Shown: positions 30,564 through 40,750, counted from the stretch's first letter. The stretch is DNA of 60,074 nucleotides from Desulfovibrionales bacterium (GCA_046542715.1 JBKHAV010000004.1:1-60074); one strand, 5' to 3'. Program-made: numbers and translations. The notes: generated by a model from the letters alone, not told the origin.

Positions 30564-31211
30564 ATGGACATCAAAGAGCTTCTGGAAGAACTCAAGGCCT
30601 CCCCTTACGAGCAAATAGAGATCAGGGCGCCGCACAGCGGGACGGTCCACTTCGTGGTCACGGAACCCGGGACAAAGGTTATCGATGCCACAGGGACGTG
30701 GAAGGAAAAGCCGGGGACATTGCTTGCCACCCTTGAACGGGAACGCAACAAAAAGCCGCTGCATGCCGAACAGAAAGGGGAAATCGAAAGTCTGAACATG
30801 GAACTGGAAAACTCCTTTGTACAGGCCGGCACCCCTTTGCTCACGATTCGTCATCTCCTCACCCGGGAGGAGGTACTGAGCAAACTTCTGAAGAAAGCCC
30901 TGCACCTCTTTTCCGCCCCGGAAAAAGCCAAATACTACTTCATCCCGGAAATCGAGCAGCGGATCAAATCCAAAGGCTGTCAGTCCATAAAAGTGGTTCC
31001 GGACATGGACTTGTTCATCCTTTCACGCATGAAGCGGGAGACCGCATTACCCTACTCAGGGCCTGAAGGAATCATCTACATGGTGTATTTTCAGCCGAAT
31101 GAAAATGTGGAGATGGGCGCCCCCCTGATCGGGGTATGTCCCCAGGACCGGCTGGAGATGATCGAGGAGGTGGTCAGCCGCGTTCAAAGCGAGTGGAAAG
31201 GAGTGGAATAG
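30564..31211 (+). CDS. Biotin/lipoyl attachment-domain protein (BCCP-like, duplicated domain)
   Basis: Two biotinyl-like repeats (IRAPHSG...VQAGTPLL and SRMKRET...VEMGAPLI); acc operon context. Confidence 0.7.
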   Translation: MDIKELLEELKASPYEQIEIRAPHSGTVHFVVTEPGTKVIDATGTWKEKPGTLLATLERERNKKPLHAEQKGEIESLNMELENSFVQAGTPLLTIRHLLTREEVLSKLLKKALHLFSAPEKAKYYFIPEIEQRIKSKGCQSIKVVPDMDLFILSRMKRETALPYSGPEGIIYMVYFQPNENVEMGAPLIGVCPQDRLEMIEEVVSRVQSEWKGVE

Positions 31212-31248
31212 ATCCAAAGCTTTTTTGACCGCCGGGAAAGGGGGAGGT

Positions 31249-31596
31249 ATGGGGAAATATCTTCAGATTCGTCTTACCGCATCGACGTATCGGCCGGAGG
31301 ACGTCCTGAAAGCCTGGCCCAAGCTTGCAGCCGGGGCATGGCCCATGGGAACGGAAAATGTGTCCCGAACCGGTGTTCTGGAGCTTGTCGACGCTCTTCT
31401 TGACCAGTACCGCTTCGGAGAGTTGGATCAGCATTGCAAACGCGAGTTGAAAGACGCCGGTATAGAGCGGTTGGCATATCTTAAAACACAGTTGGACAAG
31501 GCCCTTGGCGACTGGAATGCCGGCAAGGCCAATGAAACGAGCAACACGATAGAAGAAACCCTGGACGAGCTGGAACAGACGTGCAAATGGGCATGA
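31249..31596 (+). CDS. Hypothetical protein
   Basis: GGAGG RBS; 115-aa ORF lying between acc and ssb. Confidence 0.65.
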   Translation: MGKYLQIRLTASTYRPEDVLKAWPKLAAGAWPMGTENVSRTGVLELVDALLDQYRFGELDQHCKRELKDAGIERLAYLKTQLDKALGDWNAGKANETSNTIEETLDELEQTCKWA

Positions 31597-31636
31597 CCGT
31601 GACCAGTTTCGCAGGGATGACCATCAGGGGGTGCAC

Positions 31637-32092
31637 ATGGCCGGAAGCATGAACAAGGTTATTCTGGCGGGACGACTGGGGCAGGATCCAAAACTGGCAT
31701 ACACGGCTTCGGGCTCTCCCGTGGCGAACTTCACGATGGCAACGGACGAGTCCTACATGAAGGACGGTCAGAAGGTCGAACAAACCGAATGGCACCGGAT
31801 CGTGGTCTGGGGCAAGCAGGCGGAACTCTGCTCCAATTATCTCTCCAAGGGGAGTCTGGTTCTGGTGGAGGGCAAACTTCAGACCAGAAAATGGGAAGAC
31901 CAGCAGGGTCAGCCCCGCTATACCACGGAGATCGTGGCCCAGAGGGTCCAGTTCATGGACTCCAGACAGGACGGCGGCACCGCCCAGGCCCCGCAACGCA
32001 ACAAACCCGCCGAAGAGTATAATTCCCGTGACGAGGACATGGGCCCTGCATTTCCATCCGAAGCCAGCGGAATGGATGATGTACCGTTCTAG
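31637..32092 (+). CDS. ssb: Single-stranded DNA-binding protein
   Basis: [23 protein letters not shown] and C-terminal DDVPF. Confidence 0.97.
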   Translation: MAGSMNKVILAGRLGQDPKLAYTASGSPVANFTMATDESYMKDGQKVEQTEWHRIVVWGKQAELCSNYLSKGSLVLVEGKLQTRKWEDQQGQPRYTTEIVAQRVQFMDSRQDGGTAQAPQRNKPAEEYNSRDEDMGPAFPSEASGMDDVPF

Positions 32093-32124
32093 CGGATACT
32101 TTACCCAAAACTGTCAACAAACGA

Positions 32125-32156
32125 AGCGAAGCCCTTAAATGGGCTTCGCTTTTTTT
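32125..32156 (+). terminator. Intrinsic terminator after ssb
   Basis: AGCGAAGCCC-TTAAAT-GGGCTTCGCT followed by a T-run. Confidence 0.85.
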
Positions 32157-32277
32157 GGTTGCTGAAACTTCGCAGCATGGACCCAGGGAGGGGATACTGC
32201 GGTACTCCTTGAGAGATTACGGGCTGTAAGGGTAAACACGGAATTTTCCATGATGCTGTTTATGGAGGCCAAATCCA

Positions 32278-33354
32278 TCAGCCGAGGATGAAGTTCACCA
32301 GAAAGCCGGCTGTGACGGCCATGACCATGACGGAGGCGAGAAAGGCTGCCAGCAACTGGATCTTGAAAATACCTTTCAGCATAGCGACCTCCGGCAGGCT
32401 GGCTCCGGCTCCGCCTATGATCAGAGCGATGACCGCGCCGGTGCTCATGCCCTTTGCAATGAGACTGGCTGCAATCGGCACCATGGTACTGGCGCGAAGA
32501 TACAGCGGGATACCAACGACTGCGGAAATCGGTACTGCCAGGGGATTATCGGCCCCGGCAAGCTGGACAACCATGTCCGAGGGGAGAAAACCGTGGACAA
32601 TCGATCCGATGGCCACACCGAGGATGATAAAGGGCATCAATCTGCGGAATTGAGTGACCGCGTCATTGAAAATGCGTTTCCATCTATTTGGTTGCCCGAC
32701 CAGAGTGCTTTCGGCAATCGGCAGAACGAGGGTGCCATTGTCACCGCCTATCGCGCTTGTAGCTCTTTGTGACTGGTCGCCGGTTGTACAGCATTGCGTG
32801 GCCTGATGTGTGGGTATATTCTGCAGAGGCTGCGGTGTTTTCGAACAGCAGCCTTCCGTTTCGATAGTGGCCCGGCCGGCTGTTGCAGAAGAACCGGATG
32901 GGGCGAGAACGTCCTCTTTGATATATGCCGAAAATCCTGCGGCTTCCAGCAGATAGCTTATGATAATGGCAAGGGCTATGGCGACAATGGCGTATATTAC
33001 AGTCACCTCAATTCCGAGAAGGGTGAAAAAGAGCGGAATGATGATCGGATTGACCAACGGAGAGGTGAACAAAAACGCCATTGTCGGCCCAAATCCTGCC
33101 TGGGCTCGCAACAGTCCGACGGTTACCGGGATGGTCGAACAGCTGCAAAATGGTGTCAGGCTGCCAAGCAAGGCTCCGATGACATACCCTCTGCCGCCTC
33201 TGCCGGAGAGCATGCGCTTTACCCTTTCCCGGGGGAGAAATTCATTGATCACCCCCACCAGGAAGCTGATGCCGATAAAAAGCAGAGTCAGCTCCGCCAT
33301 GGCATAAACAAAGAAGGTCAGTGTTTCTTGAGCCAGTTCTGCTGAAAACTCCAT
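32278..33354 (-). CDS. ArsP/DUF318 family permease
   Basis: LTPFCSCSTIP, FTSPLVNP, GIPLY and GAGASLPE motifs; central loop with two CC pairs; downstream of arsR. Confidence 0.88.
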   Translation of the reverse strand: MEFSAELAQETLTFFVYAMAELTLLFIGISFLVGVINEFLPRERVKRMLSGRGGRGYVIGALLGSLTPFCSCSTIPVTVGLLRAQAGFGPTMAFLFTSPLVNPIIIPLFFTLLGIEVTVIYAIVAIALAIIISYLLEAAGFSAYIKEDVLAPSGSSATAGRATIETEGCCSKTPQPLQNIPTHQATQCCTTGDQSQRATSAIGGDNGTLVLPIAESTLVGQPNRWKRIFNDAVTQFRRLMPFIILGVAIGSIVHGFLPSDMVVQLAGADNPLAVPISAVVGIPLYLRASTMVPIAASLIAKGMSTGAVIALIIGGAGASLPEVAMLKGIFKIQLLAAFLASVMVMAVTAGFLVNFILG

Positions 33355-33367
33355 CCTTTTCTCCTGT

Positions 33368-33387
33368 ATTTCTAGAACATTCGAAAC
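33368..33387. promoter_or_regulatory. Putative ArsR operator (copy 2)
   Basis: ATTTCTAGAACATTCGAAAC directly upstream of the permease; near-identical to the copy at 33811. Confidence 0.65.
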
Positions 33388-33437
33388 ATTGAGGCAAAAA
33401 AAAAGCCTCACCTTCCTCTTCGGTATCTTTCCCGTAT

Positions 33438-33746
33438 CTATTTGTCCTTGGGAACGGCTGGATGCAGCGTGCAACATTCCGAAATGAGATAATCGGTCAG
33501 CTCTCGTATTGCCTTCATCTGCGGTTCGCAATAAAGGGTCCGGCTTTCTCTTCGCTGATTGACCAGACCCACCTGTACCAGTCGGTTGATGTGGTGTGAG
33601 AGGGTGGAGCCGGGAATGTCCAACTCCCGGCCGATCACCCCTACCGGCAGACCGCCCGGCCCCGCCCGGACCAGAAGTCTGAAAATGGAAAGCCTGGTAC
33701 TATTGCCCAGCTCCGCACATCGTTTTGCGGCAATTTCGAGGTCCAT
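33438..33746 (-). CDS. arsR: ArsR/SmtB family repressor
   Basis: LGNSTRLSIFRLLV...STLSHH...LVNQRRESR winged HTH; C-terminal ECC vicinal cysteines. Confidence 0.88.
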   Translation of the reverse strand: MDLEIAAKRCAELGNSTRLSIFRLLVRAGPGGLPVGVIGRELDIPGSTLSHHINRLVQVGLVNQRRESRTLYCEPQMKAIRELTDYLISECCTLHPAVPKDK

Positions 33747-33810
33747 CTCCGTTTCTCCTGTTTTTTCGGTGAGGATGGTTTATAGAGAATCGGAACCAAT
33801 TGTCAACCAG

Positions 33811-33830
33811 ATTTCTAGAACAGTAGAAAT
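33811..33830. promoter_or_regulatory. Putative ArsR operator (copy 1), adjacent to a TTGACA-N16-TATAAA promoter on the minus strand (33779-33806)
   Basis: Imperfect palindrome ATTTCTAGAACAGTAGAAAT. Confidence 0.65.
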
Positions 33831-33900
33831 GAAAGTTGCTGAGTTGTCTGTCTTCGGTCGAGAAGTGAGTCCACATTCCTCAGAACATGATGACGGCCCC

Positions 33901-33934
33901 AAAAAAAAGCCCGCCTGAGTGTGTCAGCGCGGGC
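33901..33934 (-). terminator. Intrinsic terminator after the diguanylate cyclase gene
   Basis: GCCCGC...GCGGGC stem followed by T8 on the minus strand. Confidence 0.6.
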
Positions 33935-33961
33935 GCGTAGTTAATTCGGGCAAAGATCCGG

Positions 33962-35650
33962 TCAGGCCGAGATTTTGTTGCAGTAGAGAAAATAGTTGTT
34001 TCGGGTGGATTTTTTGACCGTGTACATGGCGAAGTCAGCGTTTTTGAGCAGCACGTCCACTTCCTCGCCGTCAAAGGGGTAGAAGCTCACCCCGATACTG
34101 GTGCCGAGTCGGGAAATGGAGTCGTTGATGACAAAGGGCTGGGATATGGAGCGGATGATCTTCTGGGCAATCTTTTCAGCGTAGGCGATCTCCTGAATGT
34201 CCTGAAGGATGATCGCAAATTCATCCCCTCCCAGCCGGCAGGCCGTGTCTGTTTCCCGGATGCACTGCTTCAGCCGGATGGCAACTTCCCTGAGCACCCG
34301 GTCGCCTGCGCTGTGGCCGTGCTTGTCGTTGATCTCTTTGAAATGATCGAGATCGATGAAAAGCAGGGCAAAAAGACTCTGGTTTCGATGGGCCCGGGAA
34401 ACCGCCTGGTGCATGCGGTCGAGGAAGAGTGAGCGATTGGGGAGATCGGTAATGGCATCATACAGGGCCATGTACTGGATCTTTTCCTCGGCAAACTTGC
34501 GATTGGTCACATCCTCGATCATGACCAGGGCAAATTCCGGATTGCCTTGAAAATCATGGATCAGCGAAACATTGCTTCTGCCCCAGATCATCTGGCCGTC
34601 CCTGCGGAAGAGCCGTTTTTCGATCTGGTACTGGTCAAGCCTTCCGCTGAGCAGCCGTTCATGGAGTTCTCGTTCCGGGATAAGGTCATCCGGGTGGGTG
34701 AACCGGCTGAAATTCATACCGAGGATCTCTTTGCGATCAAAGTCGAGCATGTTCGAAAATGCAATATTGCATCTGGCTATCTCTCCCTGGAGATCAATGA
34801 GGGCTATACCGATGCTGGCTCCCTCAAAGACGAAACGGAACTTCCGCTCACTCTCGCGCAGCGCCCGTTCAGAGCGTTTTCTTCTTGAGATGTCCTCGAT
34901 CACGGAGATCAGGTACTTGGGTTCGCCAGGAGTTTCCATGACCACGGAAAAGGTAAGATTCACCCAGACTTCAGAGCGATTCTTCCGATAGAGCCGTTTT
35001 TCCACTGAATGGGTCCTGAGATCGCCGTCCAGGATCTGATTGATTTGCTCCTGATCGATGTCCTGGTCTTCGGGGTTGGTGATCGATCGCATATCCATGC
35101 TGAGCAGTTCATTTTCCGAATACCCCAGAATATCCGCGAGCTTTTGGTTGATCCGAAGGAATTTGCCCGCCTTGTCCAGGTGGGCGATGCCGACCGCAGC
35201 CTGTTCAAAGGTTGCCTTGAGGCGCTCCTCACTTTCCCTGAGGGCTGCTTCTGCTTTGCGTCGCCTGCGTCTGGTCTCTGCTTCTTTCAATTCACGTCGG
35301 ATAGCAGGGGTGAGCCTGGAGAGATTTCCCTTGACGATATAGTCGTGTACCCCCGCCCGCATGGCTTCAACAGCAAATTCTTCACCCATTTTCCCCGAGA
35401 TCATGATGAAAGGGATGTCAAGCTCTCTTGCCTGAACCATCTTCAGGGCTTCGAGCCCTCCGAAATCCGGGATCATGTAATCGGCAAGGATGACATCCCA
35501 AGTCTGCAATTCAAGGGCTGTTTCCATCTCCGGAGCCGATTCCACCCGTTGGTATCGAGGCTCGAAACCGCCTCTTTCGAGCTCTTTAACTACGATGAGG
35601 GCATCGACTTTGGAATCTTCTACGATGAGAACTTGGAGAGGATTATCCAT
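33962..35650 (-). CDS. Diguanylate cyclase REC-PAS-PAS-GGDEF
   Basis: N-terminal receiver (VLIVEDS, ILADY), two PAS domains, DLDHFKEIND and RLGGDEF. Confidence 0.92.
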   Translation of the reverse strand: MDNPLQVLIVEDSKVDALIVVKELERGGFEPRYQRVESAPEMETALELQTWDVILADYMIPDFGGLEALKMVQARELDIPFIMISGKMGEEFAVEAMRAGVHDYIVKGNLSRLTPAIRRELKEAETRRRRRKAEAALRESEERLKATFEQAAVGIAHLDKAGKFLRINQKLADILGYSENELLSMDMRSITNPEDQDIDQEQINQILDGDLRTHSVEKRLYRKNRSEVWVNLTFSVVMETPGEPKYLISVIEDISRRKRSERALRESERKFRFVFEGASIGIALIDLQGEIARCNIAFSNMLDFDRKEILGMNFSRFTHPDDLIPERELHERLLSGRLDQYQIEKRLFRRDGQMIWGRSNVSLIHDFQGNPEFALVMIEDVTNRKFAEEKIQYMALYDAITDLPNRSLFLDRMHQAVSRAHRNQSLFALLFIDLDHFKEINDKHGHSAGDRVLREVAIRLKQCIRETDTACRLGGDEFAIILQDIQEIAYAEKIAQKIIRSISQPFVINDSISRLGTSIGVSFYPFDGEEVDVLLKNADFAMYTVKKSTRNNYFLYCNKISA

Positions 35651-35879
35651 CGAGTATCTCCTGCTCCGTCATCAGGCCAAAGCTGCTGCCGATCGACCTT
35701 GGATGAAGGTGATCAGTCGAGGTCGGCAATGAAACGTTTCTCCACAGGAAAACCAAATCATTTGAGATCTGGAACGCAATTTCTTGCTTCGGTTTCGAAG
35801 CTCGATATGCCGCAAGAGAGAAAAATTTCATTTGAGTAAGTATGACCTCTCGTCGGTGACCAATGACGTTATCAAATGG

Positions 35880-36422
35880 TTAATCCTTCCTATTTCGCCT
35901 CTGACTGTTCGTTTCACTGGGGATCTGTTCCTCCAGGGACCTGAGATATCGGAAAAGGAGCCTGCCGGCTCTGGGGCCTTTTCCTTTCTCCCGCTCGAGA
36001 ACGGCCTGAAGCACAAGCCGCGTGAGCTTGGCCCTGTCACATTGGGGATATCGTTGTAAAACAGTGTCCATGGCAAGGGAATTGTCTGCGAGGAGCTGGT
36101 CTCGTAACCTTTCCACCTCGTGAAATGCATCGGCTTGGAGTTGTCGCTTCCGATCGATTGCTGCGAAATGATGCCGTATGGGCTCTACATCCTCGGAGCG
36201 CAGCAGTTTGCCGATGAGCTTGCGTTGTCTTTGCAATCCTCCTCTTTTTTTGATGCTTTTTGCTGTGCTCACGGCATCGAGGATCTCCTGAGGAAGCTCC
36301 ATCTGCTGGAGCGTTTCAGGAGAACACGCGATCAACCGGGAGCCGATTTCCTGGATTTCAGCTGATGCTCGTTTGCGTGCGGTCCGGCTTTTGGACGACG
36401 TTCCATTCTCATTCATGGTCAT
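35880..36422 (-). CDS. yjgA: Ribosome-associated YjgA/DUF615 family protein
   Basis: SRTARKR...QRQRKLIGKLLR...FHEVERLRDQL...LFRYLR pattern. Confidence 0.85.
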   Translation of the reverse strand: MTMNENGTSSKSRTARKRASAEIQEIGSRLIACSPETLQQMELPQEILDAVSTAKSIKKRGGLQRQRKLIGKLLRSEDVEPIRHHFAAIDRKRQLQADAFHEVERLRDQLLADNSLAMDTVLQRYPQCDRAKLTRLVLQAVLEREKGKGPRAGRLLFRYLRSLEEQIPSETNSQRRNRKD

Positions 36423-36539
36423 GCATGTGGTGCAAAAAAATTGTTCTGAGAGAGTGACTTCGAGACTGATGTCTCCTGAGGAAAGAGTCACCTGTATCCC
36501 CTTTTCATGAATTTATCCACCCTTTCAAATTCTTTTTGT

Positions 36540-36962
36540 TCATCTGATGACCAGTACCGGGCATTCGGCCCTGTAAAGGACCCTGTGCGTGGCACTGCCC
36601 AGAAAGAACCCTTCAATTTCACTGTGTCCCCGAGACCCCATGACAATGAGGTCGATTTTTTCAATGTGGGCAACTTCAGCAATGAGATCAACCGGCCTTC
36701 CCTCCAAGACCCGGTCCGAATAGGAAATGCCGGCATCATCAAGCATCACCCGGTATGGCTCCAGAAGTTCATCAGCCAACTCCTGCATTCTTCGGGAGAC
36801 TTCGGCATAGACGCCACCTTCCCGGGCATAAGGGAAGGCGAGTTGGCAATGAAGAAGGAGAATCTCCGCCCTGAATTTTGATGCTATCTCAGAAGCATGC
36901 GTTGCCGCGCGAAGAGAGGGGTCGGACCCGTCCACCGGAAGAAGAATTTTTTTGTAGGCCAT
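36540..36962 (-). CDS. Universal stress protein
   Basis: KILLPVDGS and DLIVMGSRG...LGS...CPVLVIR motifs. Confidence 0.93.
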   Translation of the reverse strand: MAYKKILLPVDGSDPSLRAATHASEIASKFRAEILLLHCQLAFPYAREGGVYAEVSRRMQELADELLEPYRVMLDDAGISYSDRVLEGRPVDLIAEVAHIEKIDLIVMGSRGHSEIEGFFLGSATHRVLYRAECPVLVIR

Positions 36963-37226
36963 GTTTCCTCCAATTGCAGTTCATGTTCCAGGATTGAAAT
37001 TTTTAAGAAATTGGAACGAAGGGAGTTCCATGTCAAAAAATGATCTGAAATATCGGGAGTTACACGAAAATCCATTGTAATGGTACACAATCCCAAGGCT
37101 TGAGACAAAGGAAAGAATAGTCCCATGAAAGTGGATTTTGTCTGAATAAAGTGGAACAATCTTAGAGAATTCTCCATTCTGGTGAGAGCAACCAAGGGTT
37201 CACTCCATACAGCCCAGGAGAGCGAC

Positions 37227-37565
37227 ATGCTCAGGAAAACAGCCGGACTGATTTGTTTTGTTTTTTTAGTCCTGACACTCGGGTGCGCCGGATCCAGAGC
37301 GCAGGAAAAGCTGCTGGAGCAAGATTACCACCAAATGAGCGATGACCAGCTTCTGGACTACTATTTTGCGCTCGATGAAGAGATCGACAGGTGTGAGCAT
37401 GCCGGAAACCGTGGTTCAATCGGTCTGGGCACCGGGACAAGAGGAGGAAACATCGGTTTCGGCATCGGCGTGACCAAGGGATTGACCGGTTGCAACCCCG
37501 GAGAACTCCTTGAGCGGAGGCATCAAGTCAGGGAAGAACTTCAAAGGAAAAACCTTCTTCCCTGA
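37227..37565 (+). CDS. Putative lipoprotein
   Basis: Signal peptide with lipobox LTLG-C; Gly-rich segment; AGGAG RBS. Confidence 0.7.
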   Translation: MLRKTAGLICFVFLVLTLGCAGSRAQEKLLEQDYHQMSDDQLLDYYFALDEEIDRCEHAGNRGSIGLGTGTRGGNIGFGIGVTKGLTGCNPGELLERRHQVREELQRKNLLP

Positions 37566-37623
37566 TCCGGAAGATGCTGCAGCCGCACAATCGTCTGCAG
37601 TTGAAGTCATAAGCTTTGAAAGA

Positions 37624-37653
37624 GCAAAAGCCCCGGGCAACCGGGGCTTTTGC
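37624..37653. terminator. Bidirectional-type terminator hairpin
   Basis: GCAAAAGCCCCGG-GCAA-CCGGGGCTTTTGC between convergent genes. Confidence 0.75.
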
Positions 37654-37838
37654 GTTGAAGGGGAGAAGGTGTTGTCTTGATTCGGACGTGGAAGGAGGGC
37701 TCACCTGTCCGAATCCTTGCGCGTATCCGGGTCCGGCTGCGGCCGGGGTTGAAAAAACCGCAGCCTCTCCCTATCCGCATCGGCACTGTCGCCGTTGATT
37801 CGAATCTAGGGCGAAAAGATTACAGGAATCTTTCCCTA

Positions 37839-39233
37839 TTATGAATTTTTTGCAAGGTGCGACGTCGGTTTGTTCTTGAAATGAATCGTAACCTTCAACC
37901 CCGGCGAGTTGTCGGCAAAAACGAGTCGGCCATGGTGAAGCTTTGCCACGGCTGAGACCAGGCTGAGCCCGAGACCGCTTCCAGGAGTGCACCGCGATGA
38001 TTCCAACCGGTAGAATCGCTCCAAAACCTTGCTTCGCTCCTTGCGGGGTATGCCGGGGCCTGTATCTGCAACAGACAAGGTGAGTTCACCGTCTTGCTTT
38101 CCAAGCGTCAACTCGATTGTTCCCCCTTCAGGGGTGTACTTTATGGCGTTGTCCAGCAGGTTGGCCAGAGCCTGGGCCAGGAGGTGCTGATTTCCACTGG
38201 TTTTGAGCCCGGGCTTATGAATCTGCGTCTTGAAGGCAAGCCCCTTTTCTTCTGCAAGGGGTTCATAGAGTTCGGCAACATCGCGGACCAGCCTGCCGAG
38301 ATCGATTTCTTTCAATGTTTCTCGGTGTGAGCCTGCTTCTGCCTGGGTGATGGTGAGCAGGGCGTTGAATGTCTTGAGCAGTTCGTCAGCTTCATCAATG
38401 GTTTGTTGCAATATTTTTCTGTACACATCCACATCGGGTTTCTCCAGCAGAGAAACTTCCAGCCTGCTTCGTATCCGGTTCAATGGGGTGCGAAGATCAT
38501 GGGCGATGTTGTCGCTGACCTGTTTGATGCCGTTCATGAGGTGTTCGATCTGGTCGAGCATGGAATTCAAATTTTGCGCCAGCTGATCGAATTCGTCGTC
38601 ACCCCCTTTGAGGGGCATGCGCCTGGTCAGATCGCCCCGCATTATCTCCATGCTCGTGCGGTTGATGTTTTCGATCCGCCGGAGCAGGCCGCGACTCATG
38701 AACAATCCGCCGAAAATGCCCAGGACAATGGTCATGCCGAGACCCCACCCAAGGGACTCGATGATTTTCCGCTGTATGGCGTTTTTTTCGGACACATCAC
38801 GTCCGACCAGAAGGTGAAATTTTCCTTCCAGAAAAAACTGACGGGCAAGGATCGTGTTTTGCTGCTCTTTTCCATTGCCGAGAGAGAATTGAATCCAGGA
38901 CTCATCGTTTCTTCCGGCATCGGGCCATTTTTTGAGATTGCCGACCAAAGGGGCGAAGGAATCATCAGTGAGCAGATAGAAGCTCCCAACGGTGGATTCC
39001 CTGGAGACCCGTTGATTGATTACGTCGATCAGCCCTGTAAGGCCGAGTTGGGTGTATTGCTCGGCAAGTCCTTGTATCTCCGCATTGATGGTTTCCACAG
39101 TTTGACGTTCCATGAAGCTCGCTGTTGTCCAGTAGATGAACCCAAGGAGCAAAATGACGGAAATCCCGAAAAGGGACATGTAGAGAAGGGCCAGCCGAAA
39201 GGCAGAGGAGTCGAGTATTCTAATCGGCTTCAC
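37839..39233 (-). CDS. Sensor histidine kinase (2TM-HAMP-HisKA-HATPase)
   Basis: IAHDLRTPL, NLLDNAIKY, DTGPG and GSGLGL motifs; GTG start overlapping the response regulator stop region. Confidence 0.93.
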   Translation of the reverse strand: MKPIRILDSSAFRLALLYMSLFGISVILLLGFIYWTTASFMERQTVETINAEIQGLAEQYTQLGLTGLIDVINQRVSRESTVGSFYLLTDDSFAPLVGNLKKWPDAGRNDESWIQFSLGNGKEQQNTILARQFFLEGKFHLLVGRDVSEKNAIQRKIIESLGWGLGMTIVLGIFGGLFMSRGLLRRIENINRTSMEIMRGDLTRRMPLKGGDDEFDQLAQNLNSMLDQIEHLMNGIKQVSDNIAHDLRTPLNRIRSRLEVSLLEKPDVDVYRKILQQTIDEADELLKTFNALLTITQAEAGSHRETLKEIDLGRLVRDVAELYEPLAEEKGLAFKTQIHKPGLKTSGNQHLLAQALANLLDNAIKYTPEGGTIELTLGKQDGELTLSVADTGPGIPRKERSKVLERFYRLESSRCTPGSGLGLSLVSAVAKLHHGRLVFADNSPGLKVTIHFKNKPTSHLAKNS

Positions 39234-39900
39234 GAAGAGAGTATCCTGACCCGCGGATCGTCTGCAGCAAAGGGCTGTCAAACCCCTTATCGATTTTCTG
39301 ACGCAGCCTGCTGATATGTACGTCGATGACATTGGTTTGTGGATCGAAAGAATAATCCCAAACCGATTCCAGGAGCATGGTGCGGGTAACAACACTTCCG
39401 GCATGGCGCATGAGCTGCTCCAGCAGGGCAAACTCCTTCGGCTGCAGCTCGATGGATCGGCCGGACCGTTTCACCGTCCGGGAAATCAGATCCATTTCCA
39501 GATCTGCAACCCGCAGCACAGGTTCGCCGCTCTCATTGTGTTTCCGTCTGGTCAAGGCTTCGAGGCGAGCCAGAAGTTCCGCAAAAGCGTATGGCTTTGC
39601 CAGGTAATCATCCCCGCCGGCCTTGAGTCCCTTCACCCTGTCGTCGACATCGCCAAGGGCGCTGAGAATGAGAACCGGGGTATTGTCATCTGCATTGCGA
39701 AGAGTTTTGACAATGGACAAACCGTCCATCTCCGGGAGCATTCGGTCTACAATTATGACATCGTATGTTCCGCCGGTCGCCATGAGCAGCCCTTGACGGC
39801 CGTCCGGCACATGGTCCACCACGGCGTTGTTTTCCTTGAGTCCCTTCACCATGTAGGCTGCGGCCTCGAGATCGTCTTCAATGATGAGAATGCGCATCAT
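39220..39900 (-). CDS. OmpR-family response regulator
   Basis: RILIIEDD, IVDRMLP, GGDDYLAKP and winged HTH VIDVHISRLR...TIRGSGY. Confidence 0.95.
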   Translation of the reverse strand: MMRILIIEDDLEAAAYMVKGLKENNAVVDHVPDGRQGLLMATGGTYDVIIVDRMLPEMDGLSIVKTLRNADDNTPVLILSALGDVDDRVKGLKAGGDDYLAKPYAFAELLARLEALTRRKHNESGEPVLRVADLEMDLISRTVKRSGRSIELQPKEFALLEQLMRHAGSVVTRTMLLESVWDYSFDPQTNVIDVHISRLRQKIDKGFDSPLLQTIRGSGYSLREAD

Positions 39901-40168
39901 TCTTTTCCTTGGTGTTCATCGGCAGAATGTAAAAACGGGGCGGGAAAAAGGCAACAGCTCAAGCCGTTGGCCTGCCGGTTCTCAGATTTGGAGAAGCAGA
40001 ACTCTCCACCGGTCAAGGGAACCTGACACAGCATGTTTTGCTCTCGTTACCAGGATGTTTGCTTGACCCACCACAGGCGTCGGCCCATGTGACAGCAATA
40101 CCGGTTTGGATCATGTACCAAACAATACCATACCATCAACGGTTTTCGGCAACTTTTTCCAGGAGCCC

Positions 40169-40750
40169 TCAGGACCTTTGAAATTGACGCCTCCATGGTG
40201 TTCGAAAGCGTAGCAGTGAGGAGAATCCGGTATTCACCGGTCTATAAATCGTACTCACTTCTCCCGCGGGTTCTGTGGAGTAAAAAGTCTTGGGGTCGAT
40301 TTTCTTGATGACCGGAAGAATCTTTTTCAAATCCTTGCGCATACAGGCCACAAACAGGATGGTCACAGGCCCGGTGCCTCCCTGTCCGGCTATGGTGGTT
40401 ACTCCGTACCCCTCGCTGCGAATCGCCCTGGCCATGGCATCCCCATGGGTCGGGGATATCGCCCTGAGAACAACCTTCCCAAGGGCGATTCTTCGTTCCA
40501 GAGCGATGCCTGCGACGTTTCCGGCGGCAAAGCCGAGAACATAGCAAAATCCGAGGAATGGCTCTTGGGAGATTTTTGTCAGGACTGCCGACGTGGCAGT
40601 CAGCCAGATGGTCATCTCCAATACGCCGAGAAGGAAGGCCGTCCGGCTTGCGCCCTGTACCAGGGATAGAGTGCGGACCGTACCCAGGGTCAGGGCGAGA
40701 ACTTCAGCCAAAAAAACCAGAAACCCAAGAATGAACAACGAAAGACTCAT
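40169..40750 (-). CDS. DUF5698/DUF2179 (YebE-like) membrane protein
   Basis: TLGTVRT, GFAAGN.AG, GYGVT and KKIDPKTF motifs. Confidence 0.75.
   Translation of the reverse strand: MSLSLFILGFLVFLAEVLALTLGTVRTLSLVQGASRTAFLLGVLEMTIWLTATSAVLTKISQEPFLGFCYVLGFAAGNVAGIALERRIALGKVVLRAISPTHGDAMARAIRSEGYGVTTIAGQGGTGPVTILFVACMRKDLKKILPVIKKIDPKTFYSTEPAGEVSTIYRPVNTGFSSLLRFRTPWRRQFQRS

Noticed and set aside
36973-36990. GG-N10-GC sigma54-like motif upstream of the USP gene (minus strand)
   Set aside because: It is too close to the start; the predicted TSS would fall downstream of the RBS.
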